Shown here: one piece after another, positions 12,915-28,148 of the stretch | How the letters are laid out: every line of letters begins with the position of its first letter | How positions within the stretch are numbered: the first letter of the stretch is position 1 | Assembly (NCBI RefSeq): GCF_001194135.2 | Contig: NC_068982.1 | Coordinates: 55,819,215 to 55,883,214 of the forward strand | Direction of reading: 5' to 3' | DNA from: Octopus bimaculoides | Lineage: Eukaryota | DNA: 64,000 nucleotides | Position numbers and translations under genes: made by a program | The notes under the pieces: generated by a model | The model's input: the letters and a program-made list of their open reading frames with translations, nothing else | Told to the model about the DNA's origin: nothing | Database searches by the model: none

Positions 12915-13185
12915 ATTTATCCTTTGCTTGTTTCAGTTATTGAACGATGCATCCTTGAAAGGTTTTAGTTGAACGAATTGATCCCATTACTTACTTTTTA
13001 AAACCCGGTACTTATTCTATCAGTCTCTTTTCGAAGAATCGTTAACTTACGGGGACGTAAACAAACCACTACCTGTTGTCAAGCGGTGGTGGGGAACAAG
13101 TACAAACACAAAGACACACACACAAAGACACACACACAAAGACACACACACAAAGACACACACACAAAGACACACACACACTCAT
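12915..13185 (-). mobile_element. SINE family A, 3' half, with an (ACAAAGACACAC)-type internal repeat
   Basis: Similarity to 5668-5900. Confidence 0.8.
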
Positions 13186-13265
13186 GTGTATATATACATA
13201 TACACATATCCCTCTCTTTCTCTCTCTCTTTATCCTCCTCTCTCTCTCTCTCTCTCTTTATCCTC

Positions 13266-13329
<64 letters not shown>

Positions 13330-14639
13330 GATTTAATATCATCTGAGTAATAACTTTATTGCGTGCTTTCCAAAGCTCCTCTATGGATATCAGCTACCAT
13401 ACGCTATCATACAGCAGGAATTCTTTTTTTACTGGATATACATGTGGAAATCCGTTAATATCCTCAGAATTCATACAAAAGAATTTTAGTACAAGAAGCT
13501 GAAGTGAACAGATTTTAATCCAAATCACTACAATTGTTTCTGTGCATAATATAAGCTGGTAATTGCTGAGTGTTTCTCATATTGTACACATTATTACATT
13601 AATATTATCCAATAATAGCTGTATACCTCCACGTCTTCAGGTGAGTGTGATTGAAAGCAGATCTGTAGAGCGTGCTTGTTAACCACAAAATCATGTTTCC
13701 AACACAAAGACAAACATATTTCCATAGCTGCTCATGAGGGGTGCAGATAACAAATAAAATATTTAAAATGAATTATAAAAAATAAATACAGTTTATCCGG
13801 TTTTCTTTCTGAAACATTACTAAATGCCGTTGGTATATTGGAACGATCTCATCACCTGATGCTCTCTGAACAAGAACGGAGATAACATCAACATCAACAC
13901 AATAAAACATGGTGCTATTTCTCCTGTCAATTAAGTGGGTGGGGAAGTCACTCGGAGACTACTATTACAACATACGTATTAAGGCTGTGAAGCATTATAA
14001 ATATGGATGCCAACACAGAAGGATAATTATTAGACCAAGTTGTAGGGACTGAATATAGACAAACGATAAACGGATAGAAAACTAAAAATAACGTGGCTGT
14101 ATTTCGTCGGTCTGTATTTTACTATCGACTCCACTAAGGAGGAGTTTGTAGCAAAGTCATTTGTCGACTAACCCACTAACTGTACATATAGAATAGAACT
14201 TAGAAACTTGAGTTTCTCATGATGAGTTCAGTTAGAAACAGCAGCAGCAGACTTGAGTTTTGCCTTTTCAATTGTTGAGTTAGGTAAATAACGTTAAACC
14301 ATTTACTCACACTCACCCAACACAGATGAATTCTACTTATTTTGTATCTTACTCCAATATTCCTCTCAATCTTGAAATTTAATCGGATACAATTTCTTTC
14401 TGTGTTTCATTTGTCATTCTGAATTTCACTCTAAAACATTTAACTGAGTTCACGTAATCATTTCGCCAGCTATTATCAGCTACATTTCTTCTTTAAGGAG
14501 AAATATATAGCAAAATACAGCAATATTAGCATGCGTGAGAGAAGGTGTTTGTTTTCTTCACCGTTCGCTGAATGCACATATTAACTCATTTCAAGGGATG
14601 CGAAATCTATTTAAATCTTTTTTACCACCGTTAATAAAA

Positions 14640-15400
14640 CACACATTCTCTGATGCTACCAAATTCTTCGGCCCAACAAGCAGCTTGAGGGAGACTGAGG
14701 TCTTGCACAATCCAGCCCCTGCTCACCCAAAACTGGATCCTATTGCTACGGTAGACAAATTTCTGAGCCAAAATTCTGCTACTTGTGAAGCATCCTGTCA
14801 AACAATACCCAACCGGATGGAGAGATCACCTAGCGATTGTCTAAGACAAGTTCAACTTTCGGTCGACTCCTGTACAGACTGTGGAGAGATCATGGAATCT
14901 ATTTGGCCACAAAGGTAAAAGTGTATGAAGAAGTAGTGTTTACTTCTCTTCTATATGGCTTTGAGGCAGGAATATTCTACATGCGCCATATTAAATGTCT
15001 TGACTCTTTCCATTTCCGCTATTTTCGTCCAATTTGCAGCGTCAATTGGCAGGACAAAGTCCCCAACACAGAGGTTCTTGCAAGATGTGACATTCTAGGT
15101 ACAGAGAATTTCGTTATCAAAGTGCCTCTGTGATGGTTTGGCCATGTGGTTCGAATAGAAGACTCTCACCCAAATCCCCTCGCCTCTATGATCAGCTTTG
15201 CTCTGTGCCAGGCACCAAGACTGCCCGCTGCTCCGATATAAGGACATTATAAAGACCTGCTTAAAACCTGCAAGATGAACCTGAAGACATGGAAATAAAT
15301 AGCACTGAATAAAACTCAGTGCAGAAGCTGTCACTACTACGCCATCGCTGACTTTGAGGCACCCAGGATCAACACCCAGAAAGAGAAAAGAACCGGGCGT
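14640..15400 (+). mobile_element. Decayed RTE/BovB-type LINE, ORF2 C-terminal region
   Basis: FSDATKFFGPTSSLRETEVLHNPAP; TFGRLLYRLWRDHGIYLATKVKVYEEVVFTSLLYGFE; VNWQDKVPNTEVLARC; WFGHVVRIED; RYKDIIKTCLK. Confidence 0.85.
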
Positions 15401-15568
15401 AGAGCCGAGCCCAGTCTACCCCAATAATGACGGAGACCAGAATAGCGCCCTTGCAAAGGATCTTCAAATCCTGGATAGGTCTGAATTTCTACATGAAACG
15501 ACACGGCAAAACATGGAACTAAGAGCACTATGGATGCACACACATACACGCGTGCGTGCGTGTGTGTG

Positions 15569-15813
15569 AAGGCACATGGCTTAGTGGTTAGGGTGTTGCA
15601 CTCACGATTGCGAGATCGTGGGTTCGATTTAGAGACCAGGCGTTGCATTGTGTTCTTGAGCAAAGCACTTCATTTTATGTTGCTCTGCGATCATTTTGTC
15701 ATCTGATATGTGGCACACGAGCACCTGTACAGATAAGGTCGATTTGATGCAGAGAGTGAACTTATGTGTACAGAGATATTTGATCACTACAAACAAATAA
15801 TCTGTGGTTGCTC
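15569..15813 (+). mobile_element. CORE-type SINE (family B), tail type 1
   Basis: tRNA-like head ggcacatggcttagtggttaggg...ggttcgatt, CORE-like ttgtgttcttgagcaaagcacttc; tail shared with 23253-23543. Confidence 0.8.
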
Positions 15814-16504
15814 GTGTGTGTATGTTTGATACATTTCTGTGTGTATGCATATTTATGATGTATGTGCGTCTGTGTGTGCATGTTTGTATGTATATTTATG
15901 ATGTATGTGCGTCTGTGTGTGCATGTTTGTATGTATAGCGCAAGGAAATAGTACTGCTGACTTAAACAACAATCACTAGTCGTTCACCTAAAGTACATAC
16001 ACTTAATTGGAGTAATTTGTATGCGTCTGTAAAGACTGGAATCTTGCATGAATTTTTACTCATGTTCCTCGGTGACATTCCAAAACAACCATAAACAATA
16101 ATACTAAACAACTGGTTTATTTGCATTTTCATAGCATGCTTTAAGTCCACATAAAATTTGCTTCGTCTATTTACATTTATCTTCTATCAATGTCTCTGGT
16201 AAGAAGAAAAAGTTAATTGAATGCTTATAAATGTCAGAGATTCGTTTATAATATAATGACAACGTGAAACGCCTGAGTAATTTGTAAAGGAAGGGATGCA
16301 TTTTGATCGAGATGTCGATGTCTGATAATTAGTATGACTACATAGGTATTCAGAGTTTCATAGGAATGCAAGTTTGATCGAAAAGAATTTCTGTTGATGA
16401 ATCAAAGTTCTTAATTTCAGAGATAAAACATTCAAACGTCAACTTTTGCATTTATTTACTGTTTTACTTGTTAATTTGCAGTTCAAAAATTGAGGTACAA
16501 TGCT

Positions 16505-17130
16505 TTCTATTATAGGTGCAAGGCCTGAGATTTTATAGGGAGGGATTAGTCAATTACATTGACCCAAATGCTCCACTGGTATTTATTTTATCGATCTCGA
16601 AAGGATACATGGCAAAGTCGACCTCAACGACATTTGAATTCAGAACGTAAAGACGGAAGAAATACTGCTAAGCATTTTGTCCAGTGCAATACTAACTCTG
16701 CCAGCTGGCAACCTTAGAATTAAAGAATAATGACAACCAAATGAAAGAGATGGCTTCATGACTTGCAAATTCGTATCCTATTCAATACTGCGGTGATCAT
16801 TTTTTTTTTGAAACCATATTGATTTATATATTATTTTATTCTTGGCACAAAAGAAGATGCAAGGGAGAACTAGAATATTACTGGTACTTTATTTTATCGA
16901 CATCCGAAGGATAATCGACACAGTCAAGCTTGGTGAGATTTAAATTCAGAACAATGTCAGACGGATGGCTGAATCAGTTGGGCATCAGACACAATAACCT
17001 ACGGCATTTGGTTGCATCCTTTTATGTTCTGAGTTCAAATCCCTCCTACTTTCACTTTGCTTTTCATCTTGTAGATGTCAATGAAATAGATACCAATCAG
17101 TAATATAAGTACTGTGATCATAGTAAACGA
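16505..17130. mobile_element. Three SINE family C copies (16505-16716 -, ~16860-16960 -, ~16990-17130 +)
   Basis: Family C core motifs in both orientations. Confidence 0.75.
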
Positions 17131-17757
17131 TAGTATTCTATTTAGACAGATGTGTTCCAATATAACCACAATCCAATAATTGGAGCCAGTAAAAGATTGA
17201 AAGAATATACTTTAATGAAACTATTCAGTAAAGGATCTTATGCTGTATTGTCTCTGTCACCTCTTCCACCCTCATGTTGCTTGTTAATAAACGTTTCAAT
17301 AATAAACATTTCGATAATGAGCGTTTTGATAATAAACATTCTTAAAATAATTTGTCAGGGTCTTTGTTTTTTTTTCTTTGTATTTACTACCACTATCGAA
17401 ACTTTTATCAATATACCAACATATTTTATTCTTGTTTCCTTGACGCTAAAAGGATTGGTGTTGCGATTTCTGGGATCCATGTAACTGCTAGAAATGTATA
17501 GCAACATTTGTCCAAGTGTTCGCTGCATAAATGTTTAGATTTATTACAGACTGCATAAATATCACCAAATCAGGAGCAACAATTTTGTTGTAATCTCGGA
17601 CCTTCTTGAAGACATCGAGCATTAAATTTGTCACATAAAAGTTTAAGCAAACGTCTCTGTAGATAGAAGCAGATTGAACAGAATTTTGTTTTTGAAATTT
17701 CAAAAATAAAACACCCCAATCTCAAACCTCGGAAAATAAATCGTAATATATGCTTAC

Positions 17758-17935
17758 CCTTCCACACAATGAGCAGCAGTGACTATCCACAGTGGATGAA
17801 CTAGAACTCCTCCACATCTGTGCCACGGTTGACCAGCTGATATTATTTGTAATGACACTTGCCAAGGCCATCGTCCTGGCATGCTAGGCTGACCACCGAT
17901 GATATATGCGGTATTTATTATCTCTCCACAGCGTT
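17758..17935 (-). CDS. Internal exon encoding the activation peptide and N-terminal part (through the catalytic His) of an S1A trypsin/chymotrypsin-family serine protease
   Basis: Manual translation: (E)[58 protein letters not shown](G). Contains [15 protein letters not shown] and TAAHC motifs. Acceptor TACAG| (AG 17937-17936, phase 1) and donor GG|GTAAGC (GT 17757-17756, phase 2). Length 178 nt = 2+58x3+2. Confidence 0.95.
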
Positions 17936-18289
17936 CTGTAGATTAATAATAATAATAATGATAATAATGATGATAATAATAATAACGGCAACAACAACAA
18001 CAAAAAGCAATAATAATAATATAAAAAAAAAAAATAACAACAATAATAACACTTCCTGTATTAATTACATGGGCTAATTAAAAAAATCGAAGACAGTAAA
18101 GAATGGTGCAGTATAGTGTGAAATTACATAAGAAGCGTGTTAAAAAAGGAAAATAACAACGAAACTTTCAAACAAGTGAAACGTCTTAGGATTACTCGTG
18201 GAAACTCCTAAAAACTACGATGACTTTGACCACCAATGCAAGTGCTCTCGTTCAGTTGTCATTCTACAATCTACAAACAATCTCAGGCT

Positions 18290-18810
18290 CATTCATTCGG
18301 ACCGAGCTCGCCACTCTCATCCAGCTTTCAACGAGTTTGACGGGAGTCAGTAAATTTGTCGAAAGTTGGATGTGAGCGAATCTTGAAGTTGATGAAGGTT
18401 TGGTTAGAGTGGAAGGTATCTGTCTTCAGTCCTATTAATATTGATCACTATGCAATCTCTTTCGCCAAAGACACAAAACAGATAAAGACTGCTTGCCCTA
18501 CTCAGCCAAAGAAGGCAGCAGAACGATCTTCACCATGAACTCAGCTGATAGCCGGATCCGTTCTGTCCTACAAGGGTCAACAGATGCTCAACATAACTCC
18601 ATAAGTCAGTAATTCTCGGATACTGTATGAGCGCATGCAAAACGGCTTCGTCGCTCTGTGAGTATTTCGGAACAGACGCTCCACTCCAGTCAGACATGAA
18701 CTTGGTCAAAGCACAGCGATCAGGCAATAATATATGACGGAGGTGGTGTAGGCATTCACTATCTCTGACCAAACTTTCGAGGATAGCTTCTCGATGATGA
18801 CGAGGATAAT
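18290..18810 (-). mobile_element. Decayed L1/Tx1-clade LINE, ORF2 C-terminal region
   Basis: QSDEAVLHALIQYPRITDLWSYVEHLL and AVFICFVSLAKEIA...GLKTDTF resemble Tx1-type C-terminal CCHC and downstream segments; a possible endonuclease remnant (GVIGVYVP) lies at ~19060-19130. Confidence 0.6.
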
Positions 18811-19179
18811 TTCTCTATTGTTTGTCACACGGGTATCGAACAAAAACAACGTTACTGAGATAAAATGCCACAAAAATAGAATGGGGGAGGAAGAAAAAAT
18901 GGAATGTGATGAAATATGAATAGAATACCAATAAGTTATGATGATACGGTAATTTTTATACAAGAAGACGTCCATCTAGGGCCAGTGAAGGAATACCACA
19001 GATCCAGGATCACTCTGACCACTAAAGACAACTGCTTTTACATAAATGTCACTCTCTGATCTTCTGGAGCATGCTGAGAGCAGGCACATACACACCTATC
19101 ACTCCCATTATTGTCATCATTGTAAATAAAACACTATCCTCCAGGAGAAGACCTCCTTCTTCGCCCTCATCTTCCTTTC

Positions 19180-21640
<2,461 letters not shown>

Positions 21641-21749
21641 CAACTTTTCTAGGTCTATCAGACCTTACCTCGGGATGAAGTTGATGACAACGACGACGAC
21701 GAAGAAGAAGAAGAAGAAGAAGAAGAAGAAGAAGAAGAAGAAGAAGAAG

Positions 21750-22150
21750 AATTACAGGATTTTATGGGATTTACCATAAAGACTTCCCATACTATTGAAG
21801 CAAGAGGACCAGATATGATTATAAAGGACAGAAGAGACAGACAGTGTAAGATCATAAACTTTGCAATGCTATATCATAACAGAGTGGATACCAAAGAAAT
21901 TGAAAAACTTGAGAAATATCAGGTCTTAGCCAGAGAGATGAAGAGATCGTGGAAGACAAAGGTGACAATTGTTTCTGTGAGAATTGTTGCATTTGAGACA
22001 ACACTCAAACTGCTAATTCGGAGGCTGTAGAATATCGGAATTTAGACACGCATTGTCAACCGGCATAAAAGTGCAATCCTATATTTTACAAGAAACTCAA
22101 GGAAGATTCTTGAGATTCAAAGTGACTTGTTGCTACCTAACGTCAAGGTA
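21750..22150 (+). mobile_element. R4/Dong-clade LINE 3' end with restriction-like endonuclease domain
   Basis: HTIEARGPDMIIKDRRDRQCKIINFAMLYHNRVDTKEIEKLEKYQVLAREMKRSWKTKVTIVSV (RPD...D...EK..KY motif); preceded by (GAA)n. Confidence 0.85.
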
Positions 22151-22734
22151 ACATCTCCGCAAAATAATATAGCATATAACAACCACAGTAGCAGCAGCAG
22201 TAGTAACAGCAATAACAACAACATCCACAGTCAGTAACCGAGGGAGCAAATCTTACCATCCTATGAGATTATGATAACCAGCCAGACATCGTCATCATTA
22301 TTTCTTTTAATATAACTGAAATTACATCATTAAAACTTTTTTAGGAAACAAAATCATGATGTGTGAAATCTTCGCCCAACTATTTTTTTTACATTAAATT
22401 CTTATATAATCGTAATACAACTCGTCTGAAAAATATTTGTAGAAAACTTCTTCCTGAATATACTGAGCGAATGAGTGCTATTAGACGAATAAAGAAAATA
22501 AAGGAAAATTGGACGTAACATAGAAAAATTATACAAATTGGGAATCAAATTTGTAAACAGCGTTCAATAACCAGCAGGAAACCGCCCAGAGGGCAGTATT
22601 TTTGTCACTCAACGCATTAAATGTAGCGTGGGGCAAAAACTTATTATATGTTGAGATAGGTAAAAAAATTTAGTACACAAAATGAAACTCAGGTTCTACG
22701 AGTAGACAAGCGTCGTTGCTCAGAGGATTTCAAG

Positions 22735-23225
22735 TAGCTGGACGAAATGCTTAGCGGTATTTCGCTGAGTTCAAATTGCATCGAGGTCGACTTTGCCTTT
22801 CATCCATTCGGGGTCGATAAAATAAGTACCAGTTGATCACTGGGGTCGATGTAATCGACTCATTCCCCTCCCCCAGAATGGCTGCCCTTGTGGCAAAATT
22901 TGAAACCATTATCATTATTATTAGCGAGGTTTACTTTGCCTTTCATCCTTTCGCAGTAGATAAATTAAGTACCAGTGAAACAGTGGGGTCGATGTAATCG
23001 ACTAGTCCCCTCCCCGTAAATTTCGGGCCTTTTGCCTATAGTAGAAAGGATTATTATTATTATCAGCACGTCGGGCAAAATGTTTAGCGGTATTTCGTTC
23101 GTCGCTACATTCTGAGATCAAATTCCGTCGAGGCCGACAAAATAAGAACCAGTTGAACACTGGGGTCGATGTAATCAACATACCCCTTCTCCGAAATTAC
23201 TGGCCTTGTGCCAAAATTTGAAATC
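22735..23225 (+). mobile_element. Three head-to-tail SINE family C copies
   Basis: Repeated gtcgactttgcctttcatcc...gataaa.taagtaccag...tggggtcgatgtaatcgact, separated by (ATT)n. Confidence 0.9.
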
Positions 23226-23252
23226 ATCATCATCATCATTATTATTGTTATG

Positions 23253-23543
23253 AGGACGCATGGCCTAGTGGTCAGGTGTTGCATTCACGATCGCCAGATC
23301 GTGGTTTCAATTCCCAGACCGTCTGGTGCGTTGTGTTCTTGAGCAAAACACTTCCTCTGACGTTGCTCTGCGTTCACTTCAACACCTGATGCGTGGTACA
23401 CTGTGTACCTGTTCAGACAACGTCAATTTGATGGAGAAAGTGAGCTAATGTGCGGCAAGAACATCTGATCACTATAAACAAATTATTTGTGTAGGTCATT
23501 TGACAAAAGTTGAACACATACGTCATCTTCGACGGGAGAGTCT
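23253..23543 (+). mobile_element. CORE-type SINE (family B), tail type 1
   Basis: Head, CORE and tail match 15569-15813. Confidence 0.85.
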
Positions 23544-23589
23544 ATTATTATGTGATTAAAACTCAGCTTATTTTACTGGGTGTGATGGA

Positions 23590-23692
23590 AAGTATCAGCT
23601 GTCCATAGCCAGTACACTAAGGTGACACTTGTTTACTGGTCATGCTTCAAGAATTCTAAGAATTCTTGCAGTTCCAAGTAATGCTGATTCTT
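23590..23692 (-). mobile_element. R4-type LINE 3' terminal fragment
   Basis: Minus-strand ALLGTARILRILEA* followed by a short UTR. Confidence 0.6.
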
Positions 23693-24350
23693 CCTCTTCC
23701 TCTTCTTCTTCTTATCCTNNNNNNNNNNNNNNNNNNNNNNNNNNNNNNNNNNNNNNNNNNNNNNNNNNNNNNNNNNNNNNNNNNNNNNNNNNNNNNNNNN
23801 NNNNNNNNNNNNNNNNNNNNNNNNNNNNNNNNNNNNNNNNNNNNNNNNNNNNNNNNNNNNNNNNNNNNNNNNNNNNNNNNNNNNNNNNNNNNNNNNNNNN
23901 NNNNNNNNNNNNNNNNNNNNNNNNNNNNNNNNNNNNNNNNNNNNNNNNNNNNNNNNNNNNNNNNNNNNNNNNNNNNNNNNNNNNNNNNNNNNNNNNNNNN
24001 NNNNNNNNNNNNNNNNNNNNNNNNNNNNNNNNNNNNNNNNNNNNNNNNNNNNNNNNNNNNNNNNNNNNNNNNNNNNNNNNNNNNNNNNNNNNNNNNNNNN
24101 NNNNNNNNNNNNNNNNNNNNNNNNNNNNNNNNNNNNNNNNNNNNNNNNNNNNNNNNNNNNNNNNNNNNNNNNNNNNNNNNNNNNNNNNNNNNNNNNNNNN
24201 NNNNNNNNNNNNNNNNNNNNNNNNNNNNNNNNNNNNNNNNNNNNNNNNNNNNNNNNNNNNNNNNNNNNNNNNNNNNNNNNNNNNNNNNNNNNNNNNNNNN
24301 NNNNNNNNNNNNNNNNNNNNNNNNNNNNNNNNNNNNNNNNNNNNNNNNNN

Positions 24351-24387
<37 letters not shown>

Positions 24388-24389
<2 letters not shown>

Positions 24390-24550
24390 TTCATCCGTCT
24401 TTACGTTCAGAGTTCAAATTCCGCCGAGCTTGACTTTGCTTTTCATCCTTTCGAGGTAAATGATATAAATACCAGTTGAGAACTGGGGTCAATGTAATCG
24501 AATGTCCCCTTTCTCCACATTTCAGGCCTTGTGAATATAGTAAAGAATAT
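24388..24550 (+). mobile_element. SINE family C copy following (CAG)n
   Basis: Family C core and tail. Confidence 0.85.
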
Positions 24551-27500
24551 AAAAGATAGAGCTATTATTGTTATTGATAAAGAAAATTTTTTGTATTTTA
24601 CTCCCTCCTTTGCTTTTCCTCTTCTAAACAGAGTGTCTTTAGGTGGCTGATGTTACCACACATACAGCAACTAAATCTTCTGTCCTGCACAAGCACATAT
24701 TTACTTTTTGCTTTTTCAGTGTTGTACTACACCGCGATAACCCCGTGGTGTTCGAGGGTCATCAGAGCCTCGACGTTCATACAGACTCTACACGATCGCA
24801 TGTTGTATATGAACCATGGACTCACAACCTGTCCATATGGTGTCACAGTCAAAGGTCAACAGCCATGCCAGTATCTTTTGCCATGGTCCTTGTATTTCTT
24901 TCCACTGTGTCCTGCGGTGCCAGCTTGTAGTGGTGTGGCACACTTTCCCTATATTCTGTATTTGTCCTCGATTATAAAGAAATTCCTACTCGACCTTTTC
25001 TAAATAAATTTGTAAAAAAGTTAACCTATGTGCAGTATTTCCATCGGATGTGCAAAACTGGCAAAGGATGAATCGTTATAGTGTTTGTCAGTGCTTTTGT
25101 TGAGGTCATTTAAGTTTGCATTTTCACTTAAACAATAACTTTGTCAGTGAAGCTGTTATTTTTTTGTTTGTCGTTGAATTTTTGTTTCTGTTTTTAAGAA
25201 TCTTTTTGTGTTTTGAAAAATTGGGGTCATATTCACAGCTACCGTCTTTGTGGTTAACAACTTACGCCGCTACTGCAAAAGATGACCATTCTGAACCACT
25301 AATAAACCAAGCAAAATGAATGCTTTCAAAAATATGTGTATACAATAAAAAATATCTTAGAAAGAATCTTCTTTTTTAAAAGCAGGATAATGGTGAGGAT
25401 GTTCAAATATTCCGAAAACCTTTGTTGTTAAAATACGCTCAACCCAAATTATCATAAAGTAATCTTAGAAGAAAATATTTTCTAAGCCGAGCTCTGTAAA
25501 ACGCGTGTATCCAAAACAAACAACTATAACACACATAGATATACACACAAAAGAAAACTTGATTTATTCAATCAACAGGTGTCATGTTCGGTATGTTTGG
25601 ATCTGAAAGTCTGCACTCTTTTTGACTTTACGCTAATCCCCTTGACAACAATAGTGACAGTTAGATCATTGAAGTCAAGTACAGGTCACAGGCCCGTGTC
25701 AGTATTTACAGAACCTGAAATTAATCCGACTCATTAGGTTTTAAACACGTTAACTATCTAACTGCTGGTTTAAACGAAGAAGTATTCCTTTAAGTTAAGA
25801 ACGTTAATATTCCGTTTAAAGAAAAAATGAAATTCTGTGAGCATACCTTAAGTGAAATTAGAGTTAGGAATGTGGTATTCAAGTAACAAAGAACTCTTTT
25901 CTAGTTTGCCCTTTATTAGGTACGTCTGTTGAAATGTGTTATTCAATGTATGTGTGTGTGTGTGTGCATGTGTGTGTGTGTGTGCATGTGTGTGTGTGTG
26001 TGCATGTGTGTGTGTATGTGCATGTGTGTGTGTGTATGTATCCACACCACGAGGGTCAATTCCGCCACCTACCCTTCGAATATCCTAGACAGAAATCACA
26101 TCGTTGCAAATATCCGGACTAAGCTGCTATTCTGGGGATAATACGATCTCGTGACGCACCGTTTCCCACTGTACTTTATTTGAGAAGAGTCTTGATTTTT
26201 CGGAAAAGTTTCCCAGCGGAAACTTAGCCCACTGGTAGATAGGATTGAGTAAACCTAGATGCATGGCCTCGTGGGTAACACCCCAGTGGAAACCTAGCTT
26301 ACTGTGAAGATAGGCTAGCGGCATGACCTCGTGGGAAACGCTTAAGAAGGCTGCTATATCAGTTAGTTATTTCACTAATCAGTCTTCTGGGAAATCATCG
26401 TCGTTGGTGATTTCAATGTTGATAATTTGTCTGGAACAGAAACTGTAAGTTTTACCATTCTGCTTTAGTTACTATCACTACCAACTCTTATTCCTTACCA
26501 ACACACAAACACTCAAACTTAGAGCCCCTTAATAAAAGCCCTTAACCATATCTTCATCAAGCCGATCGTCCAAATGCTGCGTAATCAAGGTTATCCACCA
26601 CATGTTTACATACTTTCATTAACTGCATCTCACAACCTCAAGCGCTACCAATAGCAAACCGTAATCAGAATTCTTGATCCCGTGTTAACGGTAATAGAAT
26701 CTTTCAGTGTGTTATTTATTCAACCAAATGACACCGTAAGCTGTATTCCCATAGAAAAAACCTTCACATTTATTTACATCCAGCCCCACAGTGCACACAA
26801 GACTGCTCCAAAACTTCTTGTCATCACTCCATTTCACTACGTCTTACGCCTTACATGCTTTGAACCAACAAAGTCACTGGAATGAATAATATATTTTGTA
26901 AAAACCTACGAACATTTTCTAGGAAGTTTATAAATGATCTATGAATTTAAACAATTTTTAAATGAAAAGTAATTAAGAAGATTTGATATTTATAGATAAG
27001 TTGAAGGAAAGCTTTTTTGGAACATTCTATTGAGTTCAAAAGATACATTAAAAATCTTTATTTTCTGACAATCATTAAATTAATTAAAATTAAGGCTTTC
27101 CTCAGTGTACTTTTTATTATATAAATTACTTGGATCTGTTAGAAAGAAAGTCAGATACTTTAGTATAGTAAAACGATTCTACACAAAAGTAATTTTTAAT
27201 AATGTTACGTAAAGAACTAAGCTATTGGCCTGCTTTGAAGGTTTTTAAATGATTTCTATGTGTAAATATATTATTTTCAATGACCTAGGAGTTCGCACTT
27301 AAAAAAAAAAAAGAAAACTACGGATCAGCATTTACAATAGTCATAACAAGTACCAAGGCCAAAATGCTTATCTTGGTTGCAACGCTCAAGGTTTTCCTTC
27401 CCTCAAACAAAGACATTTGTTAAATCTCCACATTGTCTTAAAATATGCAGCCATGTCATTCTTTTCACTCCCTCTTTCTTTGTATTTTCCGAAGGATTTT

Positions 27501-28057
27501 ATATTTGCTTTCGTTAAATCATACCGAAATATTCGTGTAGGTACCACCACCAACCAGCTAACCAACCGCGACTGCATATGAATGTATGTGCACGCAGACG
27601 ACAATGCGTATTTGCTGAATATTTCTTGTGTAAGCGATGTATAAGAAGATTTCTCAAAAATGAAACATGAAAGAAATTTCAAGTCGAGATCAAATGAAAA
27701 TATTTCATATTAACCTTGAAGTATTAATATTACAAACGAATATTTCTGCTTATGGATTATACAGAAACGATATACAGCAATATCCCGTGTTACGTTCATC
27801 TCCCTTTGGTTACGTGTAAAGAACGACCACCAATTTTGGGATACGATCTTAAATTTTGCTCTTACGGAAACTTCAATAAATTTTAAGAATTTAAAAACTA
27901 CACTTTCTTCTTAGCCAACAGGCCACTTGTTGGCATTTTGACTAAGATCAACGCACAGTCAACAATTCGAAAACAAACTATTATCATGATACATACACAT
28001 ACACACGCACATAAACACACACATATACACGTATATTTTATTGAGTTATAATTGCTA

Positions 28058-28148
<91 letters not shown>

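Noticed and set aside
13580-14190. Possible solo LTR (TGT...ACA ends, TATAAA inside)
   Set aside because: Single copy in the window, no clear TSD, PBS or internal gag/pol; cannot be supported here.
17490-17656. In-frame TGA within a Cys-rich frame read as selenocysteine
   Set aside because: No redox motif or recognisable SECIS, and no upstream phase-0 partner exon; a decayed sequence is simpler.
17859-18077. 72-aa plus-strand ORF
   Set aside because: Antisense shadow of the protease exon plus microsatellite.
27386-27682. 98-aa minus-strand ORF
   Set aside because: No recognisable domain, TTG-type start, poor splice context.
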